From positions 934,150 through 998,149 of the forward strand of contig BOLA01000001.1 of the NCBI GenBank assembly GCA_016861265.1: a stretch of DNA of 64,000 nt. The letters are read 5' to 3'. Numbering within the stretch: position 1 is the stretch's first letter; each line of letters opens with the position of its first letter. Below the pieces are notes generated by a model. The model saw nothing but the letters and a program-made list of their open reading frames with translations, was not told where the DNA came from and did no database searches. Position numbers and translations under genes: made by a program. Below, one piece after another: positions 40,044 through 49,623 of the stretch. Source of the stretch: Patescibacteria group bacterium. Its GTDB lineage: Bacteria > Patescibacteriota > Dojkabacteria > J137.

Positions 40044-40798
40044 TTTAAAAATTTTAGTCTTCTAATACCGTTATCTTGAACATCTCTTTTGTATCCTTCA
40101 AGTGTTTGGCATATTCCACCTTCATCTACTTCCATCCATTGTTGATCTTCGAGTGGTTTATTTATATCTATTATCTTTATTATTCCTGTTTTAACACCAT
40201 TTAGATTTGAATAATGAGGTGTTGAGTGTGTATATTCAATTTCTTCAACATTGCCATTTTCATTTCGAGTTACCTTACTTACCAACATAATATGGTGTCC
40301 ATTTAGTTTTATAGACTTACTCCTAATTAAATCCATTACTCTTACTTCATTTAAATCTACTTCAAAACAGTTATCTGCATTGGTAATGGTTCCTGCACCC
40401 AATTGCTCCACAGGCCTAAGCATATATCTTATTTTAGAATTAAATCCGGAATCGGATATCTTAAGGTATTTCCAAATGTGTCTGTTAAATCTAGATTTTG
40501 TATATGCATCCAAAATATGAACAATAAATCCAGAACAATCTATTCCAAGTCCTCTGCCGGTTAGAAATTCTTTAATTTGATTCTGATTCATTTGTTCAAA
40601 GTGAACGCCTTTTAATTTTTCCCATATTCTTGCTTCCATAACTATTTCTTCTGGTGTGCCCTTACCTACCATGGCTCTTAGATCTTTCCTTCTTTTATCA
40701 TTTATAAAGTATGGAGTTACAACTTCACATGTACCCAATCTTAGGTGGGTGTAGTCCGTGATCTTCTGTTTTATTATTGGGTCTAATTCTTCTGTCAT
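40040..40798 (-). CDS. NlpC/P60-like papain-fold hypothetical protein
   Basis: GIDCSGF with downstream HI and HS. Confidence 0.55.
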   Translation of the reverse strand: MTEELDPIIKQKITDYTHLRLGTCEVVTPYFINDKRRKDLRAMVGKGTPEEIVMEARIWEKLKGVHFEQMNQNQIKEFLTGRGLGIDCSGFIVHILDAYTKSRFNRHIWKYLKISDSGFNSKIRYMLRPVEQLGAGTITNADNCFEVDLNEVRVMDLIRSKSIKLNGHHIMLVSKVTRNENGNVEEIEYTHSTPHYSNLNGVKTGIIKIIDINKPLEDQQWMEVDEGGICQTLEGYKRDVQDNGIRRLKFLN

Positions 40799-42225
40799 TT
40801 TATTATGTTTTCTATTGAACTAAAGGCTTCTATAATCCATGGACTAAGGCCGGCAGAACTTACTACTCTATTATTGAACTGCATTCTTGCCACTTCATCT
40901 GTTCTGTTTCTTATACTGTTGTATGCCTGAAACAATAATATTAAACCACCGGTGTTCGGTTCAATATCTGCTAAATTATAACCGTCATTTTGCCAGACCA
41001 AAGGTTTATCACCTTCTTCGTCAATTAATATTACACCATCTTTTAGCTGCAACGAATTCCAATCTATCGCGGCATTATCGCTTTGTAATCTATACACTCC
41101 GGACTTTAGAGCATGATTAATTCTAAAATTGTCGTACTTGGCTCTTAAAAACACCTGAGCACCCTCAAGTGGCATTATTTGTTGAGGAGGATCCTCCTCA
41201 ATTTGAATATTCAAAAATTCTGCTAAATTAATTAGTGCTAGTGGTGTTAGCCCCGCCTTTAATTCTAATCTTGTCTGTAGCGAAATATTTGCTGTTTGTC
41301 TTGCGTTTATTTCTATTAGTATAGGATTTAAATTATTCTCTAGAATTAAATCGATTCCGAATAACCCCCTAAAACCATCATTTTGCATTAGTTCGCCTAC
41401 ATATCTAACTAAGTTAAATATTTGTGACTTAATTTCCGGCTGCAATTCATTGGCGAAAGAAAAATCATTGCCTACTGTGCTACCGGCACCATCTGTCAAT
41501 TCAGGAACCCCAGTAATTTGGTACTGTAGTCCGGCTACAAATATGCCTCTTCTTGTAACACATCCGTTTATTGTATAAGGTGTTCCTTTTATTACTCTCG
41601 AAAGTTTGACTATGTTGCCTGCTAAAGCCTTTTGTGTTTTTACCCATTCGCCTTCGTTTTTAATAAAGAAAGTTCCTAAGCCAGTGTGTGCTCGATCTAG
41701 CTGTACTACAAACTCTGCGCCTAATTCATCATTTAAATCATGATATGAATAATCAGATATATTACCTACTATTGTCTGTGGTATTGGAATCTTATTTTCT
41801 AATAGAAATTTATATTGACTTAATTTATCTTCGAATTTTCTGTTTAAGTTAACATCGTTATTTAATATTGTTCCTTTTAGGTTTACTAGTTTAATTGCTG
41901 AAGGATTATTAAACTGAAAAAACTGTCCATAAAATTCTTGTTCGTGGGTAACGTTTTTTAACCAATTAATTAGGTTTGGGCTACTTAGCAATTCAAGGGT
42001 CGAAGTAATTTTTGAATCTTTGTTAACAAACTGTTCACAAAATACATCGGTTTTTTTGCTCAAACATCTAGTTAGGTAATTATCATCGGCACATGCAACA
42101 TGGTAGTTGGTAAGAAGACTTTCTAAGCCTGTTGATCTTTCAGAATCCTTACAAAAATATACTAAAGGTTTTTCCTTTAGCTTTAAATTTACTTGATTTA
42201 ATAAATTCTGAGTAAGTTGATTCAT
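40795..42225 (-). CDS. ATP-grasp domain protein
   Basis: FEDK, VVQ....TG.GT, GLFGIDL, IEINAR. Confidence 0.8.
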   Translation of the reverse strand: MNQLTQNLLNQVNLKLKEKPLVYFCKDSERSTGLESLLTNYHVACADDNYLTRCLSKKTDVFCEQFVNKDSKITSTLELLSSPNLINWLKNVTHEQEFYGQFFQFNNPSAIKLVNLKGTILNNDVNLNRKFEDKLSQYKFLLENKIPIPQTIVGNISDYSYHDLNDELGAEFVVQLDRAHTGLGTFFIKNEGEWVKTQKALAGNIVKLSRVIKGTPYTINGCVTRRGIFVAGLQYQITGVPELTDGAGSTVGNDFSFANELQPEIKSQIFNLVRYVGELMQNDGFRGLFGIDLILENNLNPILIEINARQTANISLQTRLELKAGLTPLALINLAEFLNIQIEEDPPQQIMPLEGAQVFLRAKYDNFRINHALKSGVYRLQSDNAAIDWNSLQLKDGVILIDEEGDKPLVWQNDGYNLADIEPNTGGLILLFQAYNSIRNRTDEVARMQFNNRVVSSAGLSPWIIEAFSSIENIIK

Positions 42226-42257
42226 TTATTTATTATAGTTTATACCAAAAGCAATTT

Positions 42258-42773
42258 CTATTTTACGTAGTAAATATAATATTTCCCAAAGATTCTATCT
42301 GGCGTCAGTTTTGTGAATTTGAATGTATTTGTTACAACAACACTGCCTTTCTTCATTTCGGAAAATAGTTTGTTTGATACGCTATCCATATGTTCCGGGA
42401 AAATATACAGGTAAGCAAAATCGTATTTAGAAAAGTCATGATTTCTAAAGTCTTTATTAAATATCTTCGCCCTATTACGTAATCCTTTTAGTGTAATTAC
42501 TGATCTGCTGTATAGTGTTAAAAAAGGGTTGAATTCAATTCCATCCGCATTAAAACCCTGTTTTGCTGCCCAGCGTACAATTCTGCCATCTCCTGATCCT
42601 ATATCAATAAAGTTAATGTTTCCGGTAATATTAAGTTCCTTTAGTAAGTCGTTTAGAGGTTTCGTTTTTGAAGGATAGAACGGTGTTTGATTTATCCAAG
42701 ACCATATTAAATAAAATCCAAAAATAATAAGTATTCCTTCACACAAAAATACTGCGATTAACCCAATTTCCAT
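42258..42773 (-). CDS. Membrane-anchored class I SAM-dependent methyltransferase
   Basis: TM, PFYPS, DIGSGDGR, GIEFNP. Confidence 0.88.
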   Translation of the reverse strand: MEIGLIAVFLCEGILIIFGFYLIWSWINQTPFYPSKTKPLNDLLKELNITGNINFIDIGSGDGRIVRWAAKQGFNADGIEFNPFLTLYSRSVITLKGLRNRAKIFNKDFRNHDFSKYDFAYLYIFPEHMDSVSNKLFSEMKKGSVVVTNTFKFTKLTPDRIFGKYYIYYVK

Positions 42774-42789
42774 TTTAGTTCTATAAAAT

Positions 42790-43719
42790 TTAAGTTCCCG
42801 AAGCAATCAAAATTACCCTATCTAATTTAACATTTTGTTTCGATAATCTTAAGTATGCAGCTACCGAAAGTAAAGAAGTATAGGACAATTCAATATTAAT
42901 CTTGTTTTTTATAAACTGTTTGGCTTCATCTAGCTCCTGATCAGTAACAGCTACCGCACCTCCGTTTGTTTCTTTAATTACCTTTAAAATTTGAGGAGCT
43001 CTTAGTGCGGTTTTATCAATAATTGCATCGGCTTTTGATTCTTGTTCGTGAACATCAATGTTTAAGAGTGATACTATGGGATATGTAGCCGTCGTTTGTA
43101 CAGCGTACATTCTAGGTAACTGCCAGTCGTGATCTAATTTTAAATGCAAACCCTGTACTAAACCTACAAAAGCAGTTCCCGAAGAAACTGGAGCGAAAAT
43201 TCCAATTTGTCTGTCGGGTAGAATATACTTTTTTAATTCAAACCCTAAAGACCAGTAACCCTTTACAATTGATTCGTCTATGGAAGATCTTAAATTAACG
43301 CAGTTAAATTTTGCTGCTATTTCTACACTTTCCTTTCTAGAATTTTCACTTATATACAAAATGTTATTAGTACCGTTAATTAATTCCTTTATTTTCTGGA
43401 GTTTGTACTCATTCACATTTTTAGAAACAGCAACATGCAACTTAAAATCCGGAATTTGCTTTAGGTAAGTTAAAAAACTTATAGCTGCATTCCCCGATGT
43501 AGCAATTACAGCTTCTTTAATATTCTTTTCTAATAGCTCTGTAACCTTGAATGCAGTTCCTCTGTCCTTCCAGGAGCCTGTAGGGTTTAGGTCTTCTCTC
43601 TTTAGAATGATTTCTGTTGTACCGTTATTAAATTTTACTTCTTGAGTGTTGCCTTCGTTGAGTGAAATTAAATTCGATGTTAGCACTAAATTTTTAATCT
43701 CTTTAAAATCCCAAATCAC
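42790..43719 (-). CDS. Fold-type II PLP enzyme (threonine synthase-like)
   Basis: LKREDLNPTGSWKDRG, TSGNAA, PVSSGT; probable GTG start at 43719. Confidence 0.85.
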   Translation of the reverse strand: MIWDFKEIKNLVLTSNLISLNEGNTQEVKFNNGTTEIILKREDLNPTGSWKDRGTAFKVTELLEKNIKEAVIATSGNAAISFLTYLKQIPDFKLHVAVSKNVNEYKLQKIKELINGTNNILYISENSRKESVEIAAKFNCVNLRSSIDESIVKGYWSLGFELKKYILPDRQIGIFAPVSSGTAFVGLVQGLHLKLDHDWQLPRMYAVQTTATYPIVSLLNIDVHEQESKADAIIDKTALRAPQILKVIKETNGGAVAVTDQELDEAKQFIKNKINIELSYTSLLSVAAYLRLSKQNVKLDRVILIASGT

Positions 43720-43782
43720 AGAATTATTACAGTTTTGTAAATATGATAAAATGAATTCAATGTAATTATTATATCGTAACTT

Positions 43783-44190
43783 ATGAATATTGCGAGTTTG
43801 TTTAAGAAAAAGAATACCCAACCAACCGATGAAACAAAGAGTTTGGAAACTCCATCTGAAGCAAATAGCATTCATAATGTTAATGAACCTGCGACTTCAA
43901 ACAATACCGTTCAAAATAACGATACAACGTTAGGTAGTGCAAAACCTGCAAACTGGATTGAAATTTCGGATGATGGTGAATTTATCTGCAGTGAATGTGG
44001 TAATAAATCTGCTCCAGAAACAAATACAGAAAATGGAACTGTTACAGCCGATCTTCAAAGCGTTAAAAAAGATTTAGAACAATACCCTACTAAAATTATC
44101 TACGGAATTTGTCCGGTGTGCGGAATGGAATTCACCTTTAAGCATAGTGAAGGAAAGTTATTCCTTGAACCAAGCGAAATGATGAAGTAA
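43783..44190 (+). CDS. Hypothetical zinc-ribbon protein
   Basis: CSECG and CPVCG pairs. Confidence 0.7.
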   Translation: MNIASLFKKKNTQPTDETKSLETPSEANSIHNVNEPATSNNTVQNNDTTLGSAKPANWIEISDDGEFICSECGNKSAPETNTENGTVTADLQSVKKDLEQYPTKIIYGICPVCGMEFTFKHSEGKLFLEPSEMMK

Positions 44191-44251
44191 CCCCCATCTA
44201 GATAACTGATGTTATAATTTGGCGTCCAAAATTCATTGAAAGGAATTTGCA

Positions 44252-44440
44252 ATGGACAATAGATTGCACGTACTTACCCAGAAGCAACTCGAAGAATTTG
44301 GTACATTGTGTGTTGCGGCAGCCGGATTTGGATTAGAATCCACAGCCCTTAAACAACAATGGGAAGCCTCTGAAAAAGAGGCTAAAGAGGCTTTTGAGTC
44401 AGTACGCCACATTTACGTAAAGTCGGTAGAAAAAATTTAA
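44252..44440 (+). CDS. Small orphan protein
   Basis: TGnTATAAT at 44210-44218, AAGGA SD, palindrome GAAGGCGGTCG-TT-CGACCGCCTTC at 44458-44481. Confidence 0.7.
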   Translation: MDNRLHVLTQKQLEEFGTLCVAAAGFGLESTALKQQWEASEKEAKEAFESVRHIYVKSVEKI

Positions 44441-44566
44441 AATCTACTGCTTTGCTCGAAGGCGGTCGTTCGACCGCCTTCTGAAATTCTATTATTCTAT
44501 AACGCTAATCGGGTTAAATCACAGTTTATAATTCCCAAAAAAGCAATTGAACGATATAATATTAAT

Positions 44567-44695
44567 GGCTCTGTAGGGTATACAAAAAACTCTAACAATT
44601 CAAATTTTTAGGTCCAACGATTCTTCTAATCCGTGGGTTAGATGTAAGTTGGCAATAGTGGTAACCGAGAGGTTTCCTTACATACTCTACAGGCC
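44567..44695 (+). ncRNA. Candidate structured ncRNA (6S-like architecture) upstream of tRNA-Gly
   Basis: Closing stem GGC-TCTGTAGGGTAT/ATACTCTACAG-GCC, A-rich bubble, internal hairpins; TATAAT at 44555-44560. Confidence 0.45.
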
Positions 44696-44710
44696 GTGTT
44701 TCTCTTTCAG

Positions 44711-44783
44711 GCGGATGTAGTTCAATTGGTAGAATGTTTCCTTCCCAAGGAAAAGGTCGCGAGTTCGAGCCCCGTCATCCGCT
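44711..44783 (+). tRNA. tRNA-Gly (CCC)
   Basis: GCGGATG/CATCCGC acceptor stem; anticodon arm TTTCC-TTCCCAA-GGAAA; GTTCGAG T-loop. Confidence 0.93.
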
Positions 44784-44810
44784 TTATATATTCTTTTTTT
44801 CAAAAGCCAG

Positions 44811-45107
44811 TTACATTAGGTTAACCTTAATTTTCAACAAAACCTTAACAGTATCTCCTTTATCCAAAAATTCTGCTTCTCTAACCGTCTTTTTTATAGG
44901 TACAAGATACTGTTCATCTTTGGGGAATATAGCGGTAGTAAATTCAGTGTCTTCTATTGTTACCGTAACAGGAATGGTTCCCCAGCCATAGGTAACAAGA
45001 TGAGAAATTGATTTTATGTCCTTACTCTGCTCTTTAGGAACTGCTACAAAGTAGAATGGTGCGGGGCCACGCCAGTAAATTATGGTTCCTGAGAATTCAA
45101 TATTCAT
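44811..45107 (-). CDS. DUF1905-domain protein
   Basis: WRGPAPFYFV, YGWG.IPV, F.TAIFPKD..YLVPIK..VR. Confidence 0.88.
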   Translation of the reverse strand: MNIEFSGTIIYWRGPAPFYFVAVPKEQSKDIKSISHLVTYGWGTIPVTVTIEDTEFTTAIFPKDEQYLVPIKKTVREAEFLDKGDTVKVLLKIKVNLM

Positions 45108-45261
45108 ACATTAAATTATTTATATTTAATTATTATAGTTCTTATTGTGTAATATTATTTACTGTAAAGTTTACTTAAATTAACAATATATTATTATTAC
45201 ATAGTAATCTATTTACATATTCAAATTAACTGGTATAATCATTGTTGGTTTTAATTAACCA

Positions 45262-45431
45262 GTCCGTTGCTTGCAGGAACATCGATGTAAGGTAAAAAAT
45301 CTTACACCGGTGTTTCTGAGGCATGTCCCTGATGAGCTAGAGTTGACACCTCCTTAGGTCGCACGACCCCAAATGGATGTGTCTTAGGGACACCGGACCT
45401 TGTAGAGAGATCGCACTTGTTGCGGTCTCTC
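45262..45431 (+). ncRNA. Candidate structured leader or ncRNA
   Basis: Multi-stem fold with G-U pairs favouring the + strand, downstream of TGnTATAAT at 45231-45239. Confidence 0.5.
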
Positions 45432-45460
45432 GAACCACTTTATGTCCATGATAAAAAGAG

Positions 45461-46723
45461 ATGTCACTTGAACTAAGACAAGAGGATATTCAAACTCAGA
45501 ATTTATCACTTCCATCGGAACCTTCAGCCTTTCACGCCATTAATGGTGTCGCAATACGCTTATTAAGAGAAAAGTATCAATTTTTAATTCAGGAGTTAGT
45601 AACTATCTTATTGGATCAAAATGATTTAAGAAGTTACGATGCACTTGCACAGGAGCTTATACCTCAGGAATACGATCAGAATTCTGTGGTTGCTAAGAAA
45701 ATAATACACCTGGCTGCTCAAACAGCCGCTCAACAATATAACGAATCTGCAGAGGAACCGACTATAGATTTATACGCAAGATCGTGCAGGGTAAAGTCCT
45801 TTACGAATATAAATCGACGAAGTGGTCACACCATGCTTGAGGCATTAGGTAGAAAGCCATTTTCACTTGAGGAGATTGGTTTTATTCTAAACCTTATAGC
45901 CAATCCAGATTTTCAATGGCACACTGGCAGTCATGCTGGTCAACCAGATTGGTGCAAGATTACAATTGCGTTTAATAATAAGTTTGCTGATCAAAGAACA
46001 GCGAAGTCGTTATCTGATCAGATTAAGACAATGCGTTATAACGGTGATTCAAGGTTACAAACTGCACAGGAACTCGAACTTGAAGAACAAGAAGAAGAAT
46101 CCTCAATTTTTTATATAGACAGGTTTCTTCAAAAGGTAATTATTGAAAAGGAGCTTTACGAAAGATTTGCAAATCAAATTGCATTTATTCTTAACGATTT
46201 ATCAGATTACAGAAGCTATCATGAAATTGTGAGAGACTTAATGCCAGAAGAATATTCCTATGGTTATAATGCAGCAAATCAGCTGATATCTATGATTGTA
46301 GACCTTATAAGATTTGACTCCTCAATTGATTTTAATGATGATTTGTTTCAACAACGAAAAATAGTTATAAATGTTCATAGAAAGCGACTTCTAGATCAGG
46401 CAGGCGCTATGCTCGAAAGACAAGGCATAATTAGATTTTCCGAAGCTGAGTTTAGAAGATTCATGGAATTAAGAAGGCTTTGTGTTCGAGAAGACGGTCC
46501 TCAAGTTGGTAGAACCGATTATATACAAGTAGCTAGGCAGCTTAATATGGAATTCCATAACGGTGACGAAGTAAGGACTGCAGAAAAGCTTTCCGGACTT
46601 GTGAGAGCCTATAGGCAAAATTTTAAGAAAAAACCCTACATGTACCCAAATATAGACGATTTCAATATTCCTGTAGAAGAAATAGTAAATGCTTACTACT
46701 TGCCCCAAGTAACTGAACAATAG
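45461..46723 (+). CDS. Hypothetical protein made of two homologous halves, each ending in a Myb/SANT-like motif
   Basis: D.RSY......L.P.EY ... MLE..G...FS..E ... G..D...(I/V)...(F/L)N..F....RTA..LS occurs twice. Confidence 0.75.
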   Translation: MSLELRQEDIQTQNLSLPSEPSAFHAINGVAIRLLREKYQFLIQELVTILLDQNDLRSYDALAQELIPQEYDQNSVVAKKIIHLAAQTAAQQYNESAEEPTIDLYARSCRVKSFTNINRRSGHTMLEALGRKPFSLEEIGFILNLIANPDFQWHTGSHAGQPDWCKITIAFNNKFADQRTAKSLSDQIKTMRYNGDSRLQTAQELELEEQEEESSIFYIDRFLQKVIIEKELYERFANQIAFILNDLSDYRSYHEIVRDLMPEEYSYGYNAANQLISMIVDLIRFDSSIDFNDDLFQQRKIVINVHRKRLLDQAGAMLERQGIIRFSEAEFRRFMELRRLCVREDGPQVGRTDYIQVARQLNMEFHNGDEVRTAEKLSGLVRAYRQNFKKKPYMYPNIDDFNIPVEEIVNAYYLPQVTEQ

Positions 46724-46813
46724 AAGCCTTATAGTAAAAATATCCACAAAGTTTTTGATAATTATCCACTGTTTAACTATAATGAATTATCAATTAGTTA
46801 TTAACAAATAAAT

Positions 46814-47245
46814 ATGTTTGGCGATATTAATAGAGTTACATTAATGGGAAACGTTGTTAGGGACCCAGATTTAAGATATACACCTAATGGAGCTGCTGTG
46901 TTAAGTTTCAGCATTGCAACAAATAGAAGATACAAGAAAGGTGAGGAATGGACCGATGAAGTTTCTTATCATAATATTGTTGTATGGAATAATGCTGAAA
47001 GCCTTTCCCAGAGAATCAAAAAAGGTACAAGAGTTTATGTCGAAGGTAGAATTCAAACAAGAAGCTGGGACGATAAAGACGGTAAGAAAAATTATAAGAC
47101 CGAAATAAACTCAGAAAGAGTAATTCTAATCTCAAGATTTGAAGGAGATAATTCTTCCGGAAACGAAGGTTCACCTTCTGGTAATGTGCAATCGGACTCA
47201 AATGAGGAAGATCAAGCAATCGATCCTAACGATTTGCCTTTTTAA
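46814..47245 (+). CDS. ssb: Single-stranded DNA-binding protein
   Basis: NRVTLMGN..RDP.LRYT, KGTRVYVEGRIQTRSW, C-terminal DLPF. Confidence 0.97.
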   Translation: MFGDINRVTLMGNVVRDPDLRYTPNGAAVLSFSIATNRRYKKGEEWTDEVSYHNIVVWNNAESLSQRIKKGTRVYVEGRIQTRSWDDKDGKKNYKTEINSERVILISRFEGDNSSGNEGSPSGNVQSDSNEEDQAIDPNDLPF

Positions 47246-47265
47246 ATAAATTTAAATAATACAGA

Positions 47266-48267
47266 ATGAAGAAAGACTACTTTAAAGTAGTTAAGAATTT
47301 TGTACTATCTAATAAAATTAGTGTCTTCTTCACACTTATTTTTACTCTGCAATTCTTGTTCGCAGGCAGGATTTGGTTTTGGAGTGTATTTTCAGTAATA
47401 CCTCCAATTTTTTTTACAGTTTTATACTTAACTTGGCTGTTATGGATTACTGTAAAGAAAAACTTTTATGGACTTTCTTTATTACTGTTGTGCTTGCCGT
47501 TTGCCATTTATTCATCCGATGTTACTATAAAACACTTTACCGACCAGCCAAGCCAAGACTCAACTACAGTTAAGGTGTTTAATTGGAATACCGAGTTCTG
47601 GGAATTCAACGAGAAGGCAAAGTTTTTCCAATTTTTAGTTGAGCAGCAAGCAGATGTTTACCATTTACAGGAGCATATTTTACTCAATAAAAACGGCTAC
47701 TTTATTGAACTAGACGATCAAGAAGAACTTAAATCTATATTTAAGGGTTATACGATTGTAAAGAAAACAGAATTCTTGACTATAACAAAATTACCTGTAG
47801 TTAAATCTTACTTAGAAGAAGAATCCTATTACTTAAGGGTAGATGTGCAAGTAGGAAAGAATGTTTTGAGCTTATATAATGTACACATGCCTGTTCATAT
47901 TAATACTGCAATACTACCTGATGTCTATAAATTTGCCGTAGATCTTAAACATAGATTTGATTTTAGAAATCAGGAATTTAATAAACTTATAAAAGATATA
48001 AAATCAAATACTAATGTTTTTTATATATCAGGAGATTTTAATACAACAAGATCTATGGGCAAAATCCATGAAATTCTTGATTTAGGCAAGGATGCTGCCT
48101 ATGCTGGAGATAACTTTTTTAATGCAACTTGGTCTGTAAACGATATAAGAGTTTGGAGAATAGACTTTAATATAGTCCATAATGGTTTAAAAGTACTTCA
48201 TTACAAGGAATTGAATCCGGGGAGTCTATCTGACCATTGGGCGCAATTAGTTACAATTCAACTCTAA
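47266..48267 (+). CDS. Membrane-anchored endonuclease/exonuclease/phosphatase family protein
   Basis: NWN, LQE, NVH, GDFN, RID, SDH. Confidence 0.88.
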   Translation: MKKDYFKVVKNFVLSNKISVFFTLIFTLQFLFAGRIWFWSVFSVIPPIFFTVLYLTWLLWITVKKNFYGLSLLLLCLPFAIYSSDVTIKHFTDQPSQDSTTVKVFNWNTEFWEFNEKAKFFQFLVEQQADVYHLQEHILLNKNGYFIELDDQEELKSIFKGYTIVKKTEFLTITKLPVVKSYLEEESYYLRVDVQVGKNVLSLYNVHMPVHINTAILPDVYKFAVDLKHRFDFRNQEFNKLIKDIKSNTNVFYISGDFNTTRSMGKIHEILDLGKDAAYAGDNFFNATWSVNDIRVWRIDFNIVHNGLKVLHYKELNPGSLSDHWAQLVTIQL

Positions 48268-48779
48268 AAGCTGAATAATACAATTCCCACAGAAACCGAA
48301 ACATTTAAACTAGACATCTTACCGAACATTGGAATTTCAACTCCCATGTCACAATTTTCCAGGGTTGATTTCTTCATTCCAAATACTTCGCTTCCGGCTA
48401 TAAATGCAACCTTATTCTTGCCTATAAGTGCTTTATTAAGATTGGCTAAGGTAACAGATGTATCTGTTAATTCAATAGCGCATACATAGAATCCTTTTTT
48501 CTTAAGCTTTTGTATTACTGTTCCGGTATTGTCTGTATATTCCCACTCAAGACTTGTTTCTTTGTTTCTAGATACTTGTCTCATTTCTTTTCCAAATGGT
48601 GGAGTCTTGGTTATTCCTGTTAAGAAAAGCTTTCTTACTCCTGCAGCTTCGGCAGTTCTAAAAATACTGGCTACGTTTCTTGCATATTCAATATTCTCTA
48701 GAACTACAACAATCTCCTTCGATCGTTTAGGAAATTCCTTGTACTTCTTCTTTACTTCTTTTTTATTTAGCTGTCTCAT
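48264..48779 (-). CDS. TrmH/SpoU family RNA methyltransferase
   Basis: LENI....NVASIFRTAEAAG, GSEVFG, IPMFG..SSLNVSV. Confidence 0.92.
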   Translation of the reverse strand: MRQLNKKEVKKKYKEFPKRSKEIVVVLENIEYARNVASIFRTAEAAGVRKLFLTGITKTPPFGKEMRQVSRNKETSLEWEYTDNTGTVIQKLKKKGFYVCAIELTDTSVTLANLNKALIGKNKVAFIAGSEVFGMKKSTLENCDMGVEIPMFGKMSSLNVSVSVGIVLFSF

Positions 48780-48840
48780 AGAATTAAAAAACCTCTCCTA
48801 CATAACTGTAGAAGAGGTCTAAAATCAAATTTAATTGATA

Positions 48841-49251
48841 TTATTCACCTTGATTAAAGTCGTTGTTATCGTACTCTCTTCTTGGTCTAAAGTCTCTTCT
48901 TGGACCTCTGTTGTATCCACCTCTTGAATCTCTAGGTCGATCTTCTTTTGGTCTAGCTTCATTTACTACAAGATTTCTTGGTCCTCTTCCGTCATCTGCG
49001 TCGAATTCCATTTCATTCATTGCTTCAATTACTTTGTCTGCAACAGTATCTTCAGAAATTGTTACAATAGCGAATCTAGCATTTCCTCTTTCGTCAACTT
49101 TGAAAAAGTTGTCTTCGATTCTTGCTTCTACTTCTTGTCCTTCTTCCTTTAATGCGTTAACTGCTGTCTCGATTTGAGCGTTAATTACGCTTTCTAGAGC
49201 TTCTCTTTTAGTGCCCCAAGGTAAGTTACCTACATATAGCTTCTTAGCCAT
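48841..49251 (-). CDS. RRM (RNP-1) RNA-binding protein
   Basis: KKLYVGNLPW, RFAIV, LVVNEARPK, R/G-rich tail. Confidence 0.88.
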   Translation of the reverse strand: MAKKLYVGNLPWGTKREALESVINAQIETAVNALKEEGQEVEARIEDNFFKVDERGNARFAIVTISEDTVADKVIEAMNEMEFDADDGRGPRNLVVNEARPKEDRPRDSRGGYNRGPRRDFRPRREYDNNDFNQGE

Positions 49252-49438
49252 ATAAATATATAAAAAAATATAAAATACTATTACCTTCCTGCCTCTCTTA
49301 CCTATCGGAATCGAGCATGCAATAAAGCAACTAACAATAATAACATATATATACAAGTAAATATACAATATTGGCTTGTTGAACTCCCTGGGTGTGTTTT
49401 ATATAATCCTATTGCAACCACCATTAAGGAGATTTCGT

Positions 49439-49543
49439 ATGAAAAAGCCCAAGAAGGTTACACGCAGGAAGACACGTCTTAAGGAGAAGGGTAAACAAAA
49501 ACCGACAGCAAAACATGGGCAGAATGTGTGTAACGGGCATTAA
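49439..49543 (+). CDS. 34-aa highly basic peptide (not in the ORF track)
   Basis: TTGAAC-17-TATAAT (49379-49407), TAAGGAG SD, MKKPKKVTRRKTRLKEKGKQKPTAKHGQNVCNGH*, 16-bp palindrome at 49561-49594. Confidence 0.6.
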   Translation: MKKPKKVTRRKTRLKEKGKQKPTAKHGQNVCNGH

Positions 49544-49623
49544 ATAGTAGTATTGGTGGTATTATGCGGGTTATGTTTACATAACCCGCATAATCAACTA
49601 CAGATTAAGACTAGATTGTTTAG

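Noticed and set aside
44734-44991. 85-aa + strand ORF
   Set aside because: Starts inside tRNA-Gly and is antisense to the DUF1905 gene.
45329-45436. Hammerhead ribozyme (CTGATGAG at 45329)
   Set aside because: No correctly placed GAAA core (only CTCGAAC), and the CTGA is paired in another stem.
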